A stretch of 36,923 nucleotides of DNA from Emiliania huxleyi CCMP1516 (lineage: Eukaryota). The notes beneath the pieces were generated by a model. It was not told the DNA's origin and searched no databases. It saw only the letters and a list, made by a program, of their open reading frames with translations. The stretch spans positions 278,250 to 315,172 of the forward strand of contig NW_005201240.1 in NCBI RefSeq assembly GCF_000372725.1, written 5' to 3'. Shown here piece after piece: positions 20,296 to 31,707 of this stretch. The position numbers were made by a program, and so were the translations under genes. The first letter of the stretch is position 1. Each line of letters begins with the position of its first letter.

Positions 20296-21940
20296 ATGTG
20301 TGTAATGGCCGCTGGGTCCGAACGGCACGGCTTCCGCCTCCGCTCCGTCGCCTCTCGCACCGCCGAGGACGAGCGCGGCGCCGCCTTCACCGTCTACGCC
20401 CTCGCGCTCGAGGAGCGCATCTCCGACGCCGACGACACCGCCGCCGGCACCAGTGCAACGGCGTGGCGGAGGGTCGGCGGTGGGTGGGAGCGGCTGACCG
20501 AGGGCGGCAAGCTGCGCGAGTGGGTGGTGGAGCGGCGGTTCTCCGAGTTCAAGAGGCTCGACTCGCAGCTGCGCGAGCTCGCGGCCAAGCAGAGGCTGCC
20601 GCCGCCGCCGGGGCTGCCCTCCAGTCTCGAGCCTCCGGCCGAGCGCTTGACGTCGTGGCTGCCGGGCTCGCTGGGTGGCGGCGCCCTGCGGCCGGAGCTA
20701 GTGCAGGCGCGCGTCGCCGGGCTCGACGCGTACCTGCGCGCGCTGCTGCTCGCCGTCCCGCCCTCCGACCCGCTCCTCTCCGACTTTCTTCGCCCGACGG
20801 GCGGCGGCGAGGCGACGACGCCAGTCGGCCCGTACCGCGGGCACGACCCGGCCGCGCGCGCGCGCGCCGAGGAGGTGTCGCGGCGGCTCTTCGCGCCGCT
20901 GCCTCCGCTCGAGTGGGCCCTCGTCTACGGCAGCAGCGAGGAGGAGGACGAGGAGGAGGAGGAGGAGGAGGAGGGCGAGGGCGAGGGCGGGGGAGAGGGC
21001 GGAGGGGAGAGGGCGGCGGAGCCGGCGGAGGAGGAGGCAGCGCCGTCCGGCCTGACTGCCGATGCGATCGGCGGCGCGGCGCGCGACGCGCGAGAGGGCG
21101 GCAGCGGCAGCGAGGGCGGCAGCTTTGTCTCTGCAGGTGGGTCCCCTGTCCCCTGTCCCCTGTCCCCCGTCTCCCTCTCACCTCTCACCTCTCACCTCTC
21201 ACCTCTCACTCTCACCTCTCCTTCCTCGCGCGCTGCTGCTCGCGCCTCTCCCCCGACCCGTCTCCGTCCCGCCTCGGAACCTTCTCGGAACTTTCCTGCA
21301 GGCGAGTACTCGGACGGAGGCAGCGAGCCCTAGATGCAGACGACGGATCCGTCTACTCCATATCTCCCCGTATCTCCCCAGATATCGAGGCCCCAGATGC
21401 GGACGGCGGATGCGGCTACTCCCCAAGTATCGAAGGAGCGGCCGAGTCGGACCCGGGCTCGACCGGGGCTCGGCTGCACCCTCTGTACTCGCGGCCCCCG
21501 TACTCCCGCGGCGCTCTCTGAATCCGCTGCACGACGCCGCACTCCCGCGCCCTCGCTTCCCCCCACCTCACCGCCCTGCGCTTGCGCACGCAGGCCGAGA
21601 GTCCTCTGACGGCGGCGCGGACGGCACCGGCGGCTCGGCGGCTGGCGCGGGCGAGGGCGGCGGCGCGGGCGGGGAGGAGGAGGCTCCCTCGTGGCGCGGC
21701 CTCCTGCTCGGCGAGCGAGTCTGGTGCCAGGGCGGAGGCTCGAGCGGAGAGGGCGGCGGCGCTGGCGGCGCGTGGGTGCCGGCGCGGGTGCTCGCGCGGC
21801 GGGTGCTGAGGGGGGAGGAGGAGGTGCGGGTACGGAGGCTCGACGAGGCGGGAGGGGAGGAGTGGCTCTCTGTGGCAAGCGCCCGGCTGCGCAGCGCCGC
21901 GGAGCACACCGCGCTCGCGCGCTCCGACCCGGGCGGGTGA
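20296..21940 (+). CDS. PX (phox-homology) domain protein with an acidic linker and a C-terminal Tudor-knot/chromo-barrel-like domain
   Basis: FTVYALAL...WVVERRFSEFKRLDSQL..LPPPPGLP...VQARVAGLDAYLRALL..DPLLSDFL is a PX signature. C-terminal WVPARVLARRVLRGEEEVRVRRLDEAGGEEWL joins in frame through an intron 21137-21593 (inferred). ATG at 20296 or 20305. Confidence 0.75.
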
Positions 21941-23805
21941 GGTAGGAGGGCGCAAGCCATGATGTTCGAAGCCGCGCGCTTACCAAAAGGCACAGGCACA
22001 TGCATGCTGTATTGGTCCAAACCCATTTCCATTAGGATTAGCGGTGTGAGCCTGTCACGACAAGACGCGAGCGCTCTTGTAGAGTCTAGTCCTCTCTCCC
22101 GCCCGCGGGAGATATATCTTGTGATATCCGCGCGGCCGGCCGCGAACGCCGGGAACGCGAGAACGGAAATCGTCTCCGGACTCCGCGCGGAAACCGGAAT
22201 CCGGAAAGGGACCGAAAACACGACAGTCGACAGACGACCACACTCGTCGCCTCGTGACGACCACGGCGCGACATTATGTGAATTATGGGTTAAGACAATG
22301 AGGAAAATTAAATATTCTTGCCTCCGACGCTAGAGACAGTCACCACACGGATACATACGTCCGTGGGAGTGCCCCCCTCCCCCACCTGCCCTGCTTACAC
22401 AGGATAGCATGCCCCGAGAACGGCGACATTTGGCGGGGGCAACCAGGGAAGGAGGTTCGGTTTAGTCTTTCTTTGGTCCTCTCGGGGGAATGTTTCTCTC
22501 GGCGCCCATGGCCTTCTGAGGTTTCGTACTGATGACGTCCTTCTTGGCACTTCGGGCGTCGGTGTGTGCGTATCGGTTGTGTCTAATTCCCCCGGTAATG
22601 TGCTACGGGTATGGGTCGCCGGTTGAACGCTACCGCTAGACCATCATCTACTCAGCTTACTTCGGCCGTTGACCCCTCGATGGTCGAGTGGCTTCCGGAT
22701 CGAGAATCGGCAGGTTGACCCTTATAATTTTTTCTACATCGAGCGGGCTCAATTTTGCTCTGATGCCTCCTACGGTTTTCGATCTCGGGCAGGCGCCCGG
22801 TGCGTCGGTCGTTTTTCGTCACGGGAGGTTAAGACAATGAGGAATGAGTCGGCGTGGTTTCGAATACCTATCAACAATCAACAGTGCTAGCTACTCTCCA
22901 CAGAGCACAGTGGTCAGTGCTCTCATCGCACGATCGCACTGTGCCACTCACTGCACCTGCGCAATTCGACAGACACTCCCGAATACAATACGGGTACACT
23001 GCACAAATCAGCACTACCCTCCGCTAATCACAGTGGGAGTCAGTCCATCTGCGCTCTCTCACACACCGCCTAGCATAACACTCCACCCGTCAGCTCGATC
23101 CTCTTCCTCGTCTCGCCTCCTCGCGCTAGCCCGTCCCGCTGTCCAACGCCTCCGGCAAGATGTCCAATGCACCTCTACGAGCGTCTCTGCCGTCTGGACG
23201 TCTGAGACTGAGCCTGCCATCTCCGACGTCGGCGGCCCGTGGCGCAACATCAACGTTCGAGGCATTGAAGATCTCCTCACGTCCCTGATGCGCTCATCCA
23301 CGTCAACGCGGCGAGGCTTCCCAACGGCCCAATCGCCGCGCCGCAAGGGGGCGCCCCCGCTGCCGCTCCCGCGCCCGCCGCGCCTGCCGCGCCCGCTCAA
23401 GCCGCCGCCCCGCGACGCTCAGCCCGGATTCAGCTCGCGGCGCGCCATGACCGAGCTCCACAACGAGCTCCTGTTCATTATCTCCCCTTCCTCTCTCTCC
23501 GCCCACTCGGCCGCGCTTTGACCCCTTCACTGGATCATCTTAGCGCGCAAGTCTTGCCAACAAGCAAGATCATCCTTCGCGAAGACGCAAGGTTGGACGC
23601 TTAGCCAGCCCGAGACGCCGGCGGGTAACCGGCATACCTACGCTCAGACACATTCACACTCTGCTGTTGTTGTCTACCGCATCCTCATTCATGAAGAGAA
23701 GAAGAGAGGACTGCGGAGACAATGGGGCGACAGAGGATGATGCGACAGGAGAGAGAACTACGAGAGTGGGTGGGACGACCGCGAGAGGTGGCATGAAGGT
23801 TGCTT

Positions 23806-23997
23806 GGTCACACCGCCATCACCGCGCCGACGTCTCCCAGTGAGATGATGGAGAGGAGAGGACGACATTGCTTCAGCAGCGTGCACCTCGATCCTGTACC
23901 GTGTTTGTTATGACCCCCCCCCCCCCCTCCCCCTGTGAATACACCAGCGAGGGAGAGCGAGACGATCGAGGGGTCCCGTACCATGCGGAATCGACCC
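23806..23997. repeat. Dispersed direct repeat, copy 1
   Basis: Shares the identical blocks gcagcgtgcacctcgatcctgtaccgtgtttgttatgacccccccc and gcgagacgatcgaggggtcccgtaccatgcggaatcgaccc with 25652-25809. Confidence 0.92.
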
Positions 23998-24119
23998 AAT
24001 CCCAGTGCAACAGTGCGCGACAACAGTCGGGCCCCGCGGGGAGCCAAACACACACCCTCTACTTACTTTTTACTTTGCCCCCCACCGCACACCTCACAGT
24101 GCTCGGAGCCACACACAGA

Positions 24120-24217
24120 GAACAGGGAGAACTTGGAGGGCTCTGACGTCAACGCGCAATGGACACAGCTCTAACTAATGAACAGGGAGAACTCGGAGGG
24201 CTCTGACGTCAACGCGC
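24120..24217. repeat. 38-bp duplication at 60-bp spacing
   Basis: gaacagggagaact(t/c)ggagggctctgacgtcaacgcgc at 24120 and 24180. Confidence 0.9.
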
Positions 24218-24232
24218 TCGACTTGAGGCGAT

Positions 24233-25420
24233 CTACTCAGTTTGCAGCCAGCCGTTCTGGGGAAGCAGTTGGTTGCCCCACTTCGCCGGAGGAACTGACG
24301 AAGCCAGGCACACACCCTTCGAACCCGGATGCGGGTACTTTGTTTCTGCACCGTTGCAGGTCTTCCATGGGAGATTAGTCGCAGAGCACGTGCCAGACTT
24401 GCATTGGTAACCAAACTCGCAGACCGCGTTGGAACCGTCGCCGTACTTGGCCTTGTCCTCGTTCCACGTGCATTTGCTGTTAGAGTTGCAATCCGCCTCG
24501 TCCTTGCTAGAGCACGACTGCGAAGGCTCGCAGTAGTACTGCTGGCCAGTCCCATACCACACCGCGAAGTCTCCCTTTGGACCGCTTTGGTACAGCTTCT
24601 CAATTTGGCTGCCCGACAGGCGCTCGTCGTAGCAAATGTCTTTCGAGCTTACCGGCTCCTGGCAATTGCCCGCGCCGCACACCATGGCAACGTCGCCCTT
24701 GCCCTTTGAAATGGATTTCTCTTCCCAAAAGTGGTCGTAGTTCGGTGTCCCGGGGCTTTTTGCATCGTACCATTGCGAGAAAGACGCCGCCTGAGAGCCC
24801 TCGGTGTAGGCCTGGCCGAGGCGGTAGTCGTAGTCCGTCGTCGGCAAACCGGGAGATGTTGTGTACGCCAGCTTGAGCGACGGGAAGTTGGTCTGGAGCT
24901 TCTTAAATGTTGGGGTGACCTCTTCCATGTTTCCGCCCTCCAAGTCGATTGCAAGTCCAGCGATGTTGTGCGAGTTCACATTCAAATCCGGTCCGAATGC
25001 ACCCTGTAGCTGCACTAGCCACTCAGCGCAGCAGACACTCAGCCACTTGTCGATCGACTGGGCGTTAGCAAAGAGGCGGTTGCCATCCTCCCAATGCTTT
25101 TGGTACGCGCCGGCGGCGTTGGCAACCACGGCGACCGTTGTAATGCCCTCCATGTTGTGAGGATTAGGCACCATACCACCGTTCATCAGTTCGGGGACCT
25201 GAAAGCCGGGGGCTTCCAGGTAGACAAACAGGGTCCCGTCGTCACCCGACGAAGTAGGTGAAGACGGACTTGATGGAGCCAGGCCTGGGCTTGACGGAGA
25301 TGGCGCAACGCACTTGGGCGGAAAGCCTGCGCACACCTGGGACGTGCAGTCCCATTTGTGCCCGCAGGAGCATCCGTCCGCGAGAGGTGGCTTGCCGCAG
25401 GGACCAGTGACGTCCGTCAC
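24233..25420 (-). CDS. Intronless Cys-rich protein with a GH18-like (chitinase-like TIM barrel) core
   Basis: NIAGLAIDLEGG resembles the DxxDxDxE strand, followed by DYRLGQAY and FAVWYG. Cys modules GCSCGHKWDCTSQVC and VCEFGYQCKSGTC. The nearest ATG (25443) is 1 nt out of frame, so the 5' end is uncertain. Confidence 0.6.
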   Translation of the reverse strand: MTDVTGPCGKPPLADGCSCGHKWDCTSQVCAGFPPKCVAPSPSSPGLAPSSPSSPTSSGDDGTLFVYLEAPGFQVPELMNGGMVPNPHNMEGITTVAVVANAAGAYQKHWEDGNRLFANAQSIDKWLSVCCAEWLVQLQGAFGPDLNVNSHNIAGLAIDLEGGNMEEVTPTFKKLQTNFPSLKLAYTTSPGLPTTDYDYRLGQAYTEGSQAASFSQWYDAKSPGTPNYDHFWEEKSISKGKGDVAMVCGAGNCQEPVSSKDICYDERLSGSQIEKLYQSGPKGDFAVWYGTGQQYYCEPSQSCSSKDEADCNSNSKCTWNEDKAKYGDGSNAVCEFGYQCKSGTCSATNLPWKTCNGAETKYPHPGSKGVCLASSVPPAKWGNQLLPQNGWLQTE

Positions 25421-25477
25421 GGGCAGAGCGGTGGTTCACCCATCGAGTGATTTCTTTTTTTAGTTTCCCATAAGTAA

Positions 25478-25503
25478 GGTAGGTAGGTAGGTAGGTAGGT
25501 AGG
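25478..25503. repeat. (GTAG)n microsatellite
   Basis: ggtaggtaggtaggtaggtaggtagg. Confidence 0.9.
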
Positions 25504-25651
25504 GGCAGGGGGGAGGCCCCCTCCCCGCCTCAATCCCCCCCCCCCCCCCCCTCCTCACGCCCTCCCCTTCCTCTTCTTCCTCTCCGTCCCAGCTCTACTC
25601 ATCCCGCAACCCCCCGGATCCTGCTGAACAAGTTCCTCTTGTAGCTCGATC

Positions 25652-25809
25652 GGTCACACCGCCATCGCCGTCGGGGAGAGGGGGGACGACACTGCCTCTG
25701 CAGCGTGCACCTCGATCCTGTACCGTGTTTGTTATGACCCCCCCCGATGAACACATCAGTGAGGGAGGGCGAGACGATCGAGGGGTCCCGTACCATGCGG
25801 AATCGACCC
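25652..25809. repeat. Dispersed direct repeat, copy 2
   Basis: Same orientation and shared blocks as 23806-23997. Confidence 0.92.
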
Positions 25810-25890
25810 TATCAAGTGCTCAAGTGCTCACTGGAAAATGCGTGCCGCGAGCGAAAAAAAGCCGCACCGTCGCGACGATAGCCTTCGCCG

Positions 25891-28800
25891 ATGCGCGGGT
25901 TGTCGCTAAGCAGCCTGCGGCTGCTGCTGGCGTTATTCAGCCTCGCGTCCGCCCATTGCCTGTGCGCCGCGACAGCGCGGAGGCCTTCCCTCCGCCGGGT
26001 GGCGGCGGCTCCCCTCGCCACGAGCGCTGCGGACGAGCAGGTCGAGGCGGAGGCGGAGGCTGACCGGTTGGTTGATGCGGCAGACCGCCTGCTGTCTGAG
26101 ACGGTGGACGCGCTCCTGGGAGACACGATCGTGCTCCCTCCCGACGGGATCACCGTGCAGCCCGGCGTTATGCTCCCTCCGGACGGCTTTGAGTGGGCCA
26201 CAGCGGCGGGCCAGAGCGCTGTCGAGCTGACGCAGGAGGTGATCGCGGACAAGGTGGTGGCGTTCGAGGAGGAGCTGGCGTGCTCGTCGGCGGAGCGCGC
26301 GCTCGCGCAGGACCTCGCCGCCTCGGAGGGCAGCACCACCGTCCTCGACACCGTCCTCAACATCTTCAACAACGTCGCCGGCGCGGGCGTGCTGACGCTG
26401 GCGTATGGCATGCGAGGCGTGGGGTGGGTGCCGGCGTTCGCGTCGGTGGTGTGCATCGGCGCGATCTCCGGGTACACCTTCTACCTCGTCGGCGCCGCGT
26501 GCGAGTCCGTCGGCGCCAACTCCTTCAAGGACCTCTGGGGCACCACCCTCGGGGAAGGCACAGCGTGGGTGGTCGGTGAGCAAACACGGGCCAAGCGTAC
26601 ACACGTGCCCCCTCTGCTGCCCTCCCCCCCCTCCCTCCAGGGCCATGCCCTCCTCTGCTGCCCTCCCCTCCCCCCCCTCACGCCCGCCGCCCGCACCCAC
26701 ACACCACCCCCTCCCTCCTCCTCGCCTCCCCCTCCCACACCCCCCTTCCCGCGCGGCCCACCCAGACGGCGCAATCGTGCTCATGTGCTTCCTGTCGACG
26801 CTCATCTACTCGACCATCATCGGCGACCTCCTCGCCTCCTGTGCTACTCCTATGATCATCCTCATCCTCACCCTCATTCTCATCCGGTACCTATAGGCGA
26901 CCTCTTCGCCTCCCTCCTCTCCTCCGCCTTCCCCGCCGCAGCCCCCGCCGCCGGCCGCTTCCTGCGCAGCGGCGTCCTGCTGGCGCTCACCGCCACGGTG
27001 TTCACGCCCCTCGGCCAGCACGCCCCTCGGCCACGCCCCCGTGCCCAGCCGAGGGGCCTCTCGGCAACCCTCCTCGAGCCGTCTCTGAGCCGTCTCGGAA
27101 CCTTCTCCGCGCTGTCTCCTCGTCTCTGAACCTTCTCTGCGCTGTCTCGCCGTCTCTGAACCTTCTCTGAACCTTCTCTGCGCTGTCTCCTCAACAGGTG
27201 CTCACGCCCCTCTGCCTGGTCAAAGACCTGTCCCGCCTCGCCTTCACCTCGACTGTCGGCACGGGCGCTGTCCTCGCCACCGCCGCCGTCGTCATCACTC
27301 GCGCACTCGACGGTGCGAGAGCCGAGACGGCGCAACCAGACGAACCGTCCGGAGACTATCGCCGAGATTCGCCGAGATTCGCCGAGATTCGCCGAGATTC
27401 GCCGAGATTCGCCGAGATTCGCCGAGATTCGCCGAGATTCGCCGATATTCGCCGAGATTCGCCGAGATTCGCCGAGATTCGCCGAGATTCGCCGAGGTGC
27501 AGACCGCACAGAGAAGCTCTCTCGCTCCTGTGCCACAGCACGAGACGCCTCCGCTCCCTCATGTCTCCCCATATCTCCCCAGATCTCCCCAGATCTCCCC
27601 AGATCTCCCCAGATCTCCCCCCCCGGCAGGGTCGTACGCGCCTGGCAGCGGCTCGGCGCTGCTCGCCTCCTTGCCTGACGACCTCGCGCCTTGCTTCAAG
27701 GGCGCAAGCGCGTGGAAGGTGGGGGGTAGACGGAGAGGCGGAAACAGCACGGTCTGGCCAGTGACTTGGACAGCGGGCAGTACGGGTGGGGAGATGTGGG
27801 GAGATATGACGGAGATATGACCTGGTCACCAGGCGGTGTACGGGTGGGGTGCAAGCGAGGCGGAGAGACGGCCGCACTGGAGAGACAGACACACACACAC
27901 AGAGAGAGAAGACACTCGTCATCCAGCTGGCCTTCTTGTGGAAGGTGGATGCGGCCGCGGCGACGCTCTTCTCCAACCTGGGCCTCTCCTTCCGCGCGCA
28001 CTACAACGTGCCCTCCTTCTACGCGTCGCTGCGCGAGCGGTCGAAGCGACGGTGGGCAAAGTGCTGCGTCTACGCCTTCGGGCTGCTCACGGCGCTGTAC
28101 GCGACGATGATGGGCACCGGGTAGCACGCGCGCTCTCCGGCGAGGCGGGAGCTGTGAACAGCGTCTCTTCACACCTCCTGCTGTGAACAGGTACGCGCTC
28201 TTCGGCGAGGCAGCCTCCTCCAACCTGCTCAACAACTTCGCGCCCACGGACAAGCTCGCCGTCGGCGCGCGCGCTGCCACCGGCGTCTCGACCCCCGTCG
28301 GCCAACCGCTGTGAGTAGCGTCTCTTCACACCTCCTCGTGTGAGTAGGCGTCTCGATCCTCGTCGGCTACCCGCTCGCCTTCAAGGGGCTGTATGACGCG
28401 TTGCGCGGCCTCTGCATCTCCCTCGCCCCCTCGCTGCCGCGCCGGCTCGCGCGCGTCGCCCGCGCAGTCTCCTCCGAGGCGAGAGATGGCAAAGAGAGAT
28501 GCACACACACCACTCACACACCACACCCCGGCAAACCGCAATCCATGGTCGGGAGATCCATAACGCCCGATCCTCCTCCCCCCCCCCTCCCCCTCCCCCC
28601 CTCCAGGCCAACCACGCGCCTCTCGTCCTCTCGCTTCTCGGCGCCGCCACCGCTCTCGCGCTCACCCTCACCGACATCGCCGTGCCGGTCGGTATCTCTG
28701 GAGCCCTCCTCGGCGCCGCCGTCGCCTACACCTTCCGATGCATGTCCAGGACACGTCCACGACATGTCCGAGACACGTCCCGTAGGCGCCGCCGTCATCT

Positions 28801-28937
28801 ACATCTTCCCCGCCCTGATCGACGGCGCCGCCCGCCGCCCGAGGCCGCGCCGCGTGTGGGCGACGAGACAGGGGCTGCTCCTCCTCCCGCTCGGGGGCTT
28901 CCTCGGCTTGTTGGGCACCTACGTCACTCTCCGCTGA
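25891..28937 (+). CDS. AAAP/SLC38-type amino-acid transporter, 10 exons, with a hydrophobic N-terminal presequence
   Basis: [89 protein letters not shown]. In-frame introns at 26576-26765, 26823-26896, 26998-27197, 27313-27629, 27719-27944, 28121-28190, 28283-28347, 28479-28606, 28713-28785. Confidence 0.9.
27351..27620. repeat. Intronic minisatellites (GCCGAGATTC)x~14 and (CCCAGATCTC)n
   Basis: Near-perfect decamer run at 27361-27496; second run at ~27565-27620. Confidence 0.95.
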
Positions 28938-29511
28938 CTCGCGCAGTTGCGGGCGCGCGCCGCGCGCGCGGCGGGAGGAGGTCCCCCCGCTCAACACCCC
29001 GGACTTCGGCGCTCCACATGTGTTAATTTTCTACATAGTAAATGAAACAAATTTGCACGCCACATGCCGGCACGCCCCATAAATCGATATAAAACAACGA
29101 ACACACGAATAAATAATAGTGCCACAAACACGAAACAGCGCCCGTGCCCCGTCCCGCGTTGCCGCACCGCACATCGCGCGCGGTGTCAGCACAGCGTCGG
29201 GCGCGCTAGTACACAATGCACAAAACGGCCACGCTGTCGACACACTGACTCCACGACATCCCCCAGTGTGCGCTCCCGACATGCCTTGAGCCGAGAGTCG
29301 ACCTCGATACCAGAGATTCCCCGCCTGTCATATCCCGCTCCCCCCCCCCAACCAGCACGTCCGTCCGTCCCCCTCTGTGTGCGTGGTGCGGCGTCACTCC
29401 TGCGGCGCGTGTGCCACCGCAGTCCCCTGGTCAGGCCACCCTCTGCCCTCTGCCCCCCTCTCCGCACCCTCGCCGGGGCTTCCTGCCCGCCGGCCCGTGC
29501 CACACCCCCCG

Positions 29512-31070
29512 TCAGGGGTCCGACTCGTCGGCGAGGAAGGCGTCCACCTGCCGAGGAGGAGGGGAGGGGAGGGGGGAGGGGGGGAGGGGGGGGGGGGGGG
29601 GTCATTAAGACCGTGAAGGGAGGGGAAGCGGGGGAAAGGGGGAAAGGGAAAGGGAGGAAAAAGGGAAAAAGGGAAAAAGGGGGGGAAGGGGGAGGCAGAC
29701 AGCAGTCCGCCTCGGAGGCAAAGTCGTAGCCTGCGCCGGGCTTCATGATGGGCAGCGTGCCGTACAGCGCCACCTGCAGCCGGATCGTCCACTCGCGCTT
29801 CAGGTTGTACCACCACGAGTCCGCCCGCAGCTGCTGCGTCTTGCCGAGCGTGTGGGATGAGCCGAGGATCGTCCGCACGCGCGGGATGCGCAGCGCTTGG
29901 TACGAGGCTGCTGCGGCACTCAGGCTGGCGTCGGAAGGGTCGAAGGCGGCGGCGCCGACGCGGCAGTGGTGCTTGAGCAGCCTCGCCAACACCCCGACGT
30001 CTTCCATCGCCATCATCGCCCCCTGCCCGATGTAGGGCACCGGCGGGTGCGCAGCGTCTCCGAGCAGGATCACGCGCCCGGACGGCGTCGCCCACGCGTC
30101 GAGCGGCTCCCGCGCAAAGAGGCCGACCCGGATCACGTTCTCGGCGGAGCGGAGCGGCTCGACGAAGGACGCGTCCCACCCGTCCCCCTCCAGCTTGGCG
30201 GCCAGCTCGGAGCACTGCCGCAGCCCCTCATCGGCGGACAGGGCGCCCCACGCGTCGTCCGGCGTGTCTGCGGGGAAGTAGAGCTGGAAGATCTGCTCCC
30301 CGTCGCCGGTGGGGTAGTAGCAGGCGTGGTTCTTGGTCGTCGACGAGGAGGGGAAGCAGATCCCTCGCACCTTTGACGGCACCTTGGCCGCCCCCATCAG
30401 GCAAGTCACGCCCGTGAACTCTGCGCTGAGCGGCCCGACGACGGCCTCGCGCACCTTCGACTTGAGGCCGTCGGCGCCGATGACGAGGCGGGCGGTGCGG
30501 GTCGCCCCGCTGGCGAAGGCCACGTCGACCAGCCCGTCCTCCCGCGTCGTCACGCTCTCGGTGCGAGCCTTGAATGTGATTTGGACGCCGGCCGCCACGG
30601 CGGCGTCGTACAGCGCCTTTTGCAGCTTCCAGCGGCGAATGCCGATGCTCTGGAGGTCGTCCTCGTCGGTGAGCGCGCTCTCGCGCGCGCACGCAACCTC
30701 CGTCCCGTCGTGCCGCAGCCACCGCCGGTAGATGTAGTCGTAGCCCGCCTCACGCACGGCCGCGAGCAGCTCCGGAGAGATGTCGCGCAGCACGCGGAGC
30801 CCGTTGGCGTAGAGGCCGACGGCGCCGCCCGCGTTGTCAGTGAAGGCGGTCGCCTGCGGACGGGGCAAAGGCGGGGTGAGGGCCCCGAAGCCTCGCTCTG
30901 TGGGCTGGGTGGGCTTGCAAGGCGGGCTCGAGATTGCGGCGGCGGCGCCGCGCCTGCTCGTACACCTCGATGGAGGAGCCGTCGATGCCGCAGTGCTTCT
31001 GTAGCGCGAGCGCAAGCGTCAGGCCGCCGATGCCGGCGCCGGCGATGAGCACCGTGGCTGGTGTTTCCAT
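29512..31070 (-). CDS. FAD-dependent monooxygenase (class A flavoprotein hydroxylase), 3 exons (31070-30954, 30853-29711, 29547-29512)
   Basis: VLIAGAGIGGLTLA, LVIGADGLKSKVR, VILLGDAAHPPVPYIGQGAMMAMED. GC-AG introns 30854-30953 and 29548-29710 give the C-terminus ...DFASE|VDAFLADESDP*. Confidence 0.92.
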
Positions 31071-31450
31071 ATATCAAAGATAAGGCGCGTCGGCCGAGTC
31101 CCACGGCGCTTCGCACCGGGAGCTTGTCGAAGGGGGGGACGAGGCGCCAAGAGATGCAACGGCTCGCCACCGGCGGGGCGGGGCGGTCGCCGCAACTTTC
31201 ACGCGCGACCTTTATCATCGTTGACCGCAGCGCCCATGTCGAAACGTGGGCTGGATGCGAGACTCCTTGCCCATGTGCCCGAATGCTGCGCTGCGGTGCA
31301 CCGTCCTCCCATCCCTCGCTTCGCTGTCTGCTTTCTTTTAGCTTTCTTTCTTTCTCGCCCTAAAATTCTTTCTTTCTTTCTTTCTGCGGCGCTGTGTCGG
31401 CTGAGGTGGTTTCAGAGGATGTAAAGTGTAGAGCGAGGAGGGTGCGCGGC

Positions 31451-31696
31451 GAACCAGTTTAGACCAGTTTAGACCACTGCTAAAACACGTAACCAGATTA
31501 GTCCTGTTTACGATAAACTGGGTCTAATGTAAACCTGGTGTTTCTAATGGGTCCTCCCCCCCCCCCCCCCCCCCCGCGCGGCAGCGCGCACCTTTCCTGG
31601 AATACCCTCGGACCGACCCAGGTGGCCGGCCGGGTAAAACCCGGGTATACCCGATAATTCTCAGGTATCCCCGAAAAATACCCGAAGCGGAGCATG
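31451..31696. mobile_element. Probable DNA-transposon terminal remnants (short subterminal repeats around a poly-C tract)
   Basis: (accagtttag)x2 and inverted aaactgggtctaa; C20 tract; clustered aataccc/gggtataccc motifs ending at ...gcggagcatg. No partner end found. Confidence 0.4.
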
Positions 31697-31707
31697 AGGA
31701 GCCACTC

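Noticed and set aside
22844..23530. ORFs on both strands
   Set aside because: No coherent domain or splice model could be supported.
23985..24050. tRNA or SINE suggested by a B-box-like GGGTCGATTCC on the minus strand
   Set aside because: No A-box or cloverleaf, and the upstream sequence differs between the two repeat copies.
29186..29710. Pro/Arg-rich C-terminal tail of the 609-aa monooxygenase ORF
   Set aside because: Read-through of intron 29548-29710; the spliced protein stops at 29512.
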